This document shows, one piece after another, positions 1-7,575 of a stretch of DNA of 8,073 nucleotides. A program made the translations under genes and the position numbers. Positions within the stretch are counted from its first letter, which is position 1; each line of letters starts with the position of its first letter. Source of the DNA: Paraspadella gotoi (Eukaryota; Animalia; Chaetognatha); the NCBI GenBank assembly GCA_051294375.1, contig JBJCIZ010000026.1, positions 45,675 to 53,747 on the forward strand. Direction: 5' to 3'. Below the pieces are notes generated by a model. That model saw nothing but the letters and a program-made list of their open reading frames with translations, was not told the DNA's origin and searched no databases.

Positions 1-20
1 GAGAGAGTCTTGATTGAAAG

Positions 21-38
21 TTTGCAGGGACCTGCAAA
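21..38. repeat. Perfect 8-bp inverted repeat TTTGCAGG-GA-CCTGCAAA
   Basis: 21-28 TTTGCAGG is the exact reverse complement of 31-38 CCTGCAAA, with a 2-nt spacer. Confidence 0.8.
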
Positions 39-51
39 TGACCTATGACCT
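39..51 (-). promoter_or_regulatory. Candidate nuclear-receptor DR1 element (AGGTCA-T-AGGTCA on the minus strand)
   Basis: The plus strand reads TGACCT-A-TGACCT, two consensus half-sites spaced by 1 nt. The motif is seen directly; function is not shown. Confidence 0.3.
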
Positions 52-310
52 ATGTCACTCGCCATTGCCTGTCCAAAGTGAGAGGCGAGATAGCTTATTT
101 ATTAAATGAATGAATAATTTTAATATTGATTGTACAAAGAGCAAATATCATTTGGCCCAAATCATCACAAAAAGTTGGGACTTTAAAAACTGCATATGAG
201 AACTGTATTTAATTTCAAAATAGAGAAAAAGTTTTCAATTGTTAGGGAGAATCACATGAAGCCAGTGTATTTCATAAAATGTAAAACCTTTTTCACTCCC
301 ACTATCATTG

Positions 311-333
311 AACTGATCTTTTCTTTCCCTCAG
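311..333 (+). other. Possible spliceosomal 3' splice site
   Basis: Branch-point-like ACTGAT, then pyrimidine tract CTTTTCTTTCCCT, then CAG (331-333). Base composition shifts from AT-rich to more balanced downstream. No recognisable protein follows. Confidence 0.25.
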
Positions 334-523
334 TGACATTCTCTGCTGGAAATCTTTCAAGCGACGCTGTTAACCAGTTTCACTCTCTCGAGGCAGGAGT
401 ACTCTCCTCTCTCTTCCCTCTCTTCGATTCCAAAAAGGCGATAAAAGGCACAAAACTGTATTGGCAGTAACAGTGGCGGGCTTCACAAGGACTCCTCGTT
501 TTCCATCAAAGAAAAGGACCGTG

Positions 524-735
524 NNNNNNNNNNNNNNNNNNNNNNNNNNNNNNNNNNNNNNNNNNNNNNNNNNNNNNNNNNNNNNNNNNNNNNNNNNNNN
601 NNNNNNNNNNNNNNNNNNNNNNNNNNNNNNNNNNNNNNNNNNNNNNNNNNNNNNNNNNNNNNNNNNNNNNNNNNNNNNNNNNNNNNNNNNNNNNNNNNNN
701 NNNNNNNNNNNNNNNNNNNNNNNNNNNNNNNNNNN
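524..735. other. Scaffold gap (212 N)
   Basis: Run of N from 524 to 735. Confidence 0.99.
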
Positions 736-846
736 ATTTTCCGTTGGTTGGAGTCTTTTTTTTTCGATGGCAGATTTTAGAAACTAGCGCGTTGGTATTG
801 TTATTGTAATGTTTTTAAATATATTTTATTGTAACGTTCTGGGTAA

Positions 847-863
847 TCTCTCTCTCTCTCTCT
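847..863 (+). repeat. (TC)n microsatellite truncated by a gap
   Basis: 17 nt of alternating TC run directly into the N run, as is typical of a contig ending in a simple repeat. Confidence 0.95.
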
Positions 864-888
864 NNNNNNNNNNNNNNNNNNNNNNNNN
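864..888. other. Scaffold gap (exactly 25 N)
   Basis: Run of 25 N. Confidence 0.99.
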
Positions 889-1800
889 TAATCTAATTTT
901 TATTGGTGTTATTGTTACATTTTAACGTCGTCTGAGCCAGAATTATTTAGGCTTTCAAACTCGTACATTTATTTAGTCTTCCTTGATAACAAGAAGACCT
1001 GTTAATATTTTTTTTTATAAATTATTTTATTTTATTATAATTACACTATATTCATATAGGGGTAAACAATCAAGTAACGTTTCTTCGGGGGAGGGATAAA
1101 ATATGGGATAAACACATATATTAAAAAAAACTGAGTGAATTTTTTTGGTCTGTTTTAATTGTATACTTAGAATTTACATACCCATTAATTAAATTTATAC
1201 TATTAATTTCATCATTTTCTCCTCATACCTTAAAAAGTATTATTGTAGTTTTACTTTTTAAATGGTGGGTGTATAATAAAAACTGATACGAAATTACTTA
1301 TTTTTACAAATTACTCTTATTTTGATTTATACTATTTATAATCTTATTAAATCATTTTATTTACTACTCTATCTTCGGTCCGATCTCGGTGTATGAGTTG
1401 TTTATTTGAGTGTATAAACCAAAAAATTCAAATTTGAAAAAGCTATTTGAGTATATAAATCAGATCTTACTTAAATTTTTATTCTATTTGTTTCTTAGTT
1501 TGTTTTAATTAAAATATTTATTTACACATAAATAAACTATAAGCTTTTGAGAGAGTAGGTTCCTTACCAACTAACTTAAACAAAATATATTATGCTAAAT
1601 TTAAATAAAAATATTCTTCTTTAAAAACCGGGGATTTAAAAAAAAAATTGGGCGAGCTTATCCAATATCTTTGACTAAAATGAAAGGAAATAATCATATT
1701 AATTACTAATAACCTGTTTCTCAAGATATTAACGCCATGCTAGAATTTAAAGGTAGCGTAATCTAACACACATAAATTTTTGTATACCCTTTTATCAATG
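889..1800. other. AT-rich low-complexity non-coding tract
   Basis: Dominated by A/T homopolymers and TTA/TAT-type runs; the supplied track has no ORF here. Confidence 0.7.
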
Positions 1801-2393
1801 CTCCGACTATTTTACAGCCAACTCACATGGGTGCCCCCCCACTGCTAAAACACGCTCTTGGTTCCCTTCCCTTAAAAGCGAAAACATACCATATATAGAG
1901 GATGGCTGAAAAAGATAAATATGGAGGTAAGATACACATTCTAGGAGGGGAGAACGACCAACTGTAGCAAAGTTTACGTACGACGTACCTGTATTCCTAC
2001 ACGACCCGAGACTCACCCACTTGATACCACGCCGGCCCGAAAAATTAACTGCGTCAATTAACGGGGACTCACTTTTAAACCGGGCGTAATATTTAGTTTC
2101 GGCCAACGTTAATGGCAAATGGTCTCTACCACAGTCCGCCCACGCTCAGCACTTTTTTGGAACAGAAACGCGAGGCCAAAGTAGAGTAGACATCCTGTGC
2201 CATGACGGGACGTCACGATGAATGGGATTTTCGCTTCGGATCTGTTCGGCTGCATGTATTGTATAGGGAAAGCTCTTAAGGTAAACATGAACCCGACGAA
2301 AAATCTTGGGCGCAACGAAGAATTGTAAATCGAGGATCGATATGTGAAATAGGATCCCCAAATTTATCTTTTCGAACTTTCAAACGAGTTTTA

Positions 2394-3200
2394 GAAAAAG
2401 AGAGAAGAGAGCGGAGATGAGAGGAGAGGAGAAGAAGACGAGAAAACTAACAATGAGAGAGAACACATTAATTAAAAACAGCGGTATGAGTTGGTACGAA
2501 GAGATAATGTCAGAAGCAAGAGAGAAATAAGAGAGAGAGAAAACTTACGTATGTTGTAAAAAAATCCAGAAGGAAGAAGACGAAGGTAAGAAGATCAGAA
2601 GTAAAAGTAATGAGAGGAATGAGGCGAGCTGTGTGGTATTAAAGTAATATATCTTCGGCATTAATTTATTAAGTTCAAATTATAGTTTAAAGTTATAATT
2701 AATAGCTTATTAGGAGAGTAGTTGATATCAGAAGAGAAAAAAGAGTGAAATACGTGGCAGAGAGAGAGAGAGAGAGAGAGAGTATTGAAGCATCGAGAGA
2801 AGTCATTAGAAAAGGAAGATAGAGAGAAGAGACCGGAAGGCCGGTAAGGATAAAAGGGGGACAAGGCAGGGAACACGAGAGCAGGGCGACAGGTCTGGAG
2901 ATCAGAACGAGATTAAGAAAATGGAAGATATAAACGAGAGATGAGAGAGAGACCCCAGCAGAGAGCAGGAGGGCGAGCAGAGAGAGGGACCGAGAGCCAA
3001 AGAAGCACGAGGAGAGGCTCAGGGGTCGAGCCAGAGAAGAGAGCTTAAGGCTACACTAAAGTGAACAGAAATAGATGCACGCACACGAGCATTGCGCGGG
3101 GGAAGTAATTGCTATGAAAGCCCAACAAGACGGGGAGAGAAGGAGCAGGGTTCAAGGGCCTACGCATGAGAAGGAGAGACGAGCATTCAAGAGAGAGAGG
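2394..3200 (+). repeat. Degenerate GA-rich polypurine region containing perfect (AG)12 at 2759-2782
   Basis: Many interrupted GAGA/GAAGA runs, with a 24-nt perfect AG run at 2759-2782. Confidence 0.85.
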
Positions 3201-3916
3201 CTTCTAGGAATGTAGATTCGACGGGGAGTTATATATCAGGAGTTCATCTTGTAGGGTTGGTTATTGGGTAGCACGAAGGGGGTACGAGTATGGAGACCCT
3301 TTCACTCAGTCCCACGATTATTTTTTCGACGGCGCTTTAAAGGTTTGTTGACAAACAAGACCACTCTTCTCCTTGTAGAATTTAAGAATAAGGAGTGACT
3401 TTTTTTAAACATTCAGAATGGCAAATATAGTGATATTTAGGATTAGAAAAGCTATCGCACGACACTGATACGAGTGTCACCATGAATCTATTGATTACGC
3501 GTCAGAAGATACAAGAAAAATTTGTATGATTAATGTATGTATATGTCTTATATGATTCAAAACTGAAAGTATGAAAAGAGTATAATGTCCAGACAAGACA
3601 GAGAATGAATGAATAGCAAGATGCGGCGTTGGCAAAAATTCTAAAATGTAGCAAGAATCCCGCCCTACGGCAGGGAATAGAGAATGACAACTTAAGAAAA
3701 CATGAGCAAAACCCCCTAGAGACTTAGACGTAACCCAACTCCCTCTCCTCCACTAAGACTTTTCTTTCATTCGGTTGTCTCACTCTTTACGCGGGGTTTG
3801 GGCGATGGTATCTATTTCACGCGTGGGCGTTAAGGCAATGTCCGAACGCCAGAAATGAATGGTAGAAATGAGAGATTGTATTGTACGAACGATCGGAGGG
3901 TTACGGAGTGAGTGTA

Positions 3917-4012
3917 TAAAAGAGAAAAGGGAGGGAGATGAAGAGAAGCGAGGAGAGGAGAGGGAGAGAGAGAGAGAGAGGAGATGATCGCAGGGAGAGA
4001 GCAGGTAGAGAG
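3917..4012 (+). repeat. Degenerate GA-rich tract with (GA)8 core at 3964-3980
   Basis: Almost purine-only stretch with a perfect GA core. Confidence 0.85.
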
Positions 4013-4995
4013 GTATCGAGCCCTCCCTAATACAATTCCTTTACATTCTCCTTAAACTAACAAGAGAATAAATTCCCTGTTCAGCGGACCATCGCGAACC
4101 ACAATAATATTTTTTTAAAATCCTTCTCTTTTCGCCCAAAAAAGTTTATAAATATTGATAAAAAATTGCGTTTCGTCACTGGCGCTCAAGCGTGGCGTGG
4201 ACGGCAGTGGACTGTGGGCGTCAACCACTGTTGTTATTTTTTGTACGAGTTAACTAAGATAGAATGTGGAACCAATCTAAATCTGACTAAAGCTAACGCC
4301 GACACTATCGATTCGGCGCTTTGTGGCGCGGCCATATAGGCCTGAGTGGATGGAAAACCAATTTTTGAAAAGTCAGTTTAATTTCTAATTGTCCAAATTA
4401 CATTTTTTTGGTTAATTAAGATAAATTTTTAATACGCCTAATATGATCTTCCCTTCTAGGACTGAATAAAATGATTATTTTTCGCAGTAATTGCACAACG
4501 CCTTATAATACAGAACTTAGCTTTGTGCAAAGGCAGTCAAATACCGCCACCCGGCCGAAAATTTCTGATTCATCTTATACGGCCCTCTTTATCTGTTCGA
4601 CGTTGAAAACGCGCCAAGGAATGATGTCGCTTGTCCTTCGCGCAAAGAATGCAGATCAGCAGTCTGCAGCGAAGCTACAATAAGCGATGGGGGCACTCGC
4701 TCTTTCCGTAAACTCCTCCCCGTTGCTACTCTGGCCGCATTGTTGAAGACTCCGAAAACCGAGCGAACAAATGCTTCTTTTTTGTTGCCCGACATATGTC
4801 AGCGCTGCTTGCCAGACGTCTCTGTAATTATTGGTGCAGCACCCATTATCATTCTGATTGACACATAGCAGAAGCATCAAACCATGGAGGCGTCGTTCCT
4901 TTTCCAAGGATCCCGGGCCTTCGACTTTAAACTCCCGACGGAAACGTAATGATATCACGATAGCGTGGTGACTTGTAACCTGATGCTTGGAGTTC

Positions 4996-5291
4996 AAAAG
5001 AGGAGGAGGAAAGAGGAGCTGAGGAGGAGGAGAGAGAGGGAGCGACGAGATCATACTGATGAGGTTTTTGAAATGCGATGACGACCACGACACCGAAGAG
5101 GGGGTGGACGTCTGAATGGCACTCGAAGCATGAACGACCTTTGATGACAAGCAGAGGGAGAGAGAGTGTGAGTAAGAGAGACCGCACGAGACGGAGAGTG
5201 AGGGAATGAATGAGATGAGAGAGAGGAACAGAGAGAGAGAGAGAGAGAGAAACGAGAGAGAGAATGAACGCAAGAGCAGAGGCAGAGAGAG
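4996..5291 (+). repeat. GGA/GA-rich tracts, including (AG)10 at 5230-5250
   Basis: (GGA)n-like run at 5000-5040 and interrupted GA runs at 5150-5291. These produce the SLSLSL stretches in the minus-strand ORFs. Confidence 0.85.
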
Positions 5292-5479
5292 TTTCGAACG
5301 AGCAGGCACACACAGAGCTTACGGAAAACAAAGATTGAAGGAAGAAATGATCTGCAGCGATGCCATGGAGAAGTGAATATATCTGAGAAAAACGAATGTA
5401 ACGAACTATAGACCTGCACCTTGGAGACGCCTCGCTCTCAGACACAGTTTAAAAAAAGAAGCGATTCACTTATAAAGGT

Positions 5480-6652
5480 ACATTGAACACAAAAAATGAG
5501 AAATGGAAAGTGAATACACAAAGACGATGAGGAAAATGGCTAGATAACGTTGAACTTTTTGATAGACTTACTCGATGTTTTGACACACACACCCTCCCAC
5601 GAGAACCAGATTCCCTAGGGAGCATCTCGATGTCTCAACATCTGGGCGGATAGTTGAGAGACTAACAAGCAAGCTGACTTATGCAATGACCAAGCACCAC
5701 AGACCGCACCAAAAAAACAGGAAAGAATTGTGTACCCTATGTAGTGGCCGAACTTAGGTTTTTGTTGAACTATGAGTCCAAGTCAACGACATGATAGATA
5801 GACCTATCCACTGAGACTTGCTCCTAGAGGGAACAACCTAAAACTTGTGAGAATCGTGAATCAATATTGGTTGGATGTTGTCCTGATTGATTTGTATAGT
5901 TACATTTTAGGGATAACTACAGTTTTGACATATAGCATTGAGGGACGTGATGGTATTGGAACACTCGGAGTTTCATTGCGATCCACCCGCACCATTTAAA
6001 ACTTAATTGATTGGTGGGTAGATTTGTCTTCTGACGATCATTATTTGAACAGGACTTGCTTTCTGAGCGTTTTTTTGACACGAGAGAGTGCCTCCCAGAC
6101 CGAAGCGAGATAATGCGGACAAAAGAGGGTTAAATCACGATAGAAGAGACGTCAAACAGAATAAGTCCGACAAAAGAAAGAGAGTTAACTTGAACCGACG
6201 AATATAGTAGGACCGATCGAACGACAGTTAGAGAGCAAGGGCAAATGGACGCCCGGGCCGGAGCCCCATTTTCTACAGAGGGGGTTCGGGGACATGCAAA
6301 AATGACGAGCGTTTCTGACCGCATAACCGAGATGGGAACTGAAGGCTTTCCTCGAGGAACGATAGAACGTAACGAGATGACGACCACGTGGAGGTCGGAA
6401 TTTTTTAGTAAATTGCGCAGGAACAAAAAGAAAATGAACGGGAGTATTATATTTATTAGTATAACTCCAGCCGCCATTACTTCAGCATCGCCGTAAAAGG
6501 GAATCGTGGTTAAATAGCCAGCCTTCGACAGGGGGCACATGGAAAAATCACAAGATGATCTTATTTTCACTGAACTACATTGTGTTAATGAACAGTAGGA
6601 ATGTGAATAGGTAATGGAATTTTAGGCCGAGAAAATATTATCTGACATTTTT
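5480..6652 (-). repeat. Left, insertion-laden arm of a large inverted repeat (reverse complement of 7423-8073)
   Basis: Reverse-complement anchors: 6613-6634/7439-7460 (22/22); 6424-6445/7568-7589 (22/22); 6388-6411/7604-7626 (one extra T); 5846-5859/7839-7852 (14/14); 5920-5931/7808-7819 (12/12); 6571-6578/7491-7498; 6643-6652/7423-7432. All are colinear. The left boundary is approximate. Confidence 0.92.
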
Positions 6653-7183
6653 GTAATTCACGGCCGGTTAGTTTTCGGGGCCTACCGAGGTCTTCCGGGA
6701 AGGAACGGTAGTTGGTAATTTGCCAAACGGGTTTTACGCCTATCTTCATTTAACATCGCTTCAGCAAAAATCCCGAAAAACAAATATAAGAGGGTTTGCA
6801 CAAAATATAAGCCGCAATTTAGATATATTTTCTTCCAACAAGATTTAACAAAACACAAGAAAAGAAAAAATTCCTGTAAACGAATTAGCTTATTCAATGC
6901 TGTTAACGATCTGACGGGGTCACCACGACTACATAATTATTTCTTTAGAGCGGACGGCATGGTAACATTTTTCAGGAACTGTGGTGACAAAGTAAGGTCA
7001 CTGCCGCGTATGTTTGGCTTCATCCTTCTCTTCCTTTGGACTTACTACTCCCTAAAATTTCACCCCAACATTCTTAATGTGAAGGACTGAACGAGCTCTC
7101 CACTCTCTCCCCACCATCTACTCGGATCTTTCTCGGTTGGCGACCATCTCAATCGGTGAGGTGTGTACTCTGCGTGTGGTTGA

Positions 7184-7243
7184 CCCTCGGGCCCGGCGGC
7201 CCGCCCGCCGAGGCGCCCGGCCGGTTTCGGACCGACGCGGTCC
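7184..7243. other. 60-bp GC-rich island (52/60 G+C) with short stems
   Basis: Stems CCTCGG/CCGAGG (7185-7190/7208-7213) and GGACCG-ACG-CGGTCC (7229-7243). Confidence 0.7.
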
Positions 7244-7292
7244 TATTAATCTTTTTTTCTTTTAAAGACAATGTATGTTCAGAATGAAATCT

Positions 7293-7423
7293 GGAGGAGA
7301 GAGAGAGAGATGACGATGAGAGAGAGAAGAAGAGGGAGAGAAGTGAGAGAGAGACCGAGAGAGAAGAGAAGAGAGAGAGAGATAGATCACGACTAACTAG
7401 ATAGATAGATAGATAGATAGATA
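7293..7423 (+). repeat. Compound microsatellite: interrupted (GA)n followed by (TAGA)6.5
   Basis: (GA)7 at 7297-7310, interrupted GA runs to ~7382, and a perfect TAGA/GATA run at 7398-7423. Confidence 0.95.
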
Positions 7424-7575
7424 AAAATGTCAATAATATTTCTCGGCCTAAAATTCCATTCCTATTTCACATTCCTACTTTCATAACACAGTAGTTCATC
7501 TAAAAGTCATTGTTATTTTATTCCCTCGCGCATTTCCCCTCGATGTTAATTGTTATACTAAAAATAAACTCCCGT

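Noticed and set aside
461-787. 108-aa plus-strand ORF
   Set aside because: It is open only because it spans the 212-N gap, and it starts at TTG.
3461-3478. Small 6-bp stems such as GACACT/AGTGTC (also CTCGCC/GGCGAG at 58-89)
   Set aside because: Expected by chance in 8 kb.
4175-4605. Pol III A/B-box-like words suggesting a tRNA or SINE
   Set aside because: The spacing is wrong and no cloverleaf can be built.
1807-4795. Short ORFs of 62-103 aa scattered through this region
   Set aside because: No recognisable motifs, lengths expected by chance, and located in probable low-accuracy sequence.
4656-5445. Three overlapping minus-strand ORFs (217, 172 and 122 aa)
   Set aside because: They are S/L-rich translations of the complement of GA repeats, which lacks stop codons. 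All three frames being open points to low complexity, and no domain is recognisable.
6130-6570. 146-aa hydrophobic minus-strand ORF and overlapping 83-aa plus-strand ORF
   Set aside because: They lie inside the insertion-laden arm, and the compact copy of the same sequence does not preserve these frames.
7229-7263. GC hairpin plus T-run resembling a rho-independent terminator
   Set aside because: The context looks eukaryotic, there is no credible upstream gene, and the T-run is about 8 nt away from the stem.
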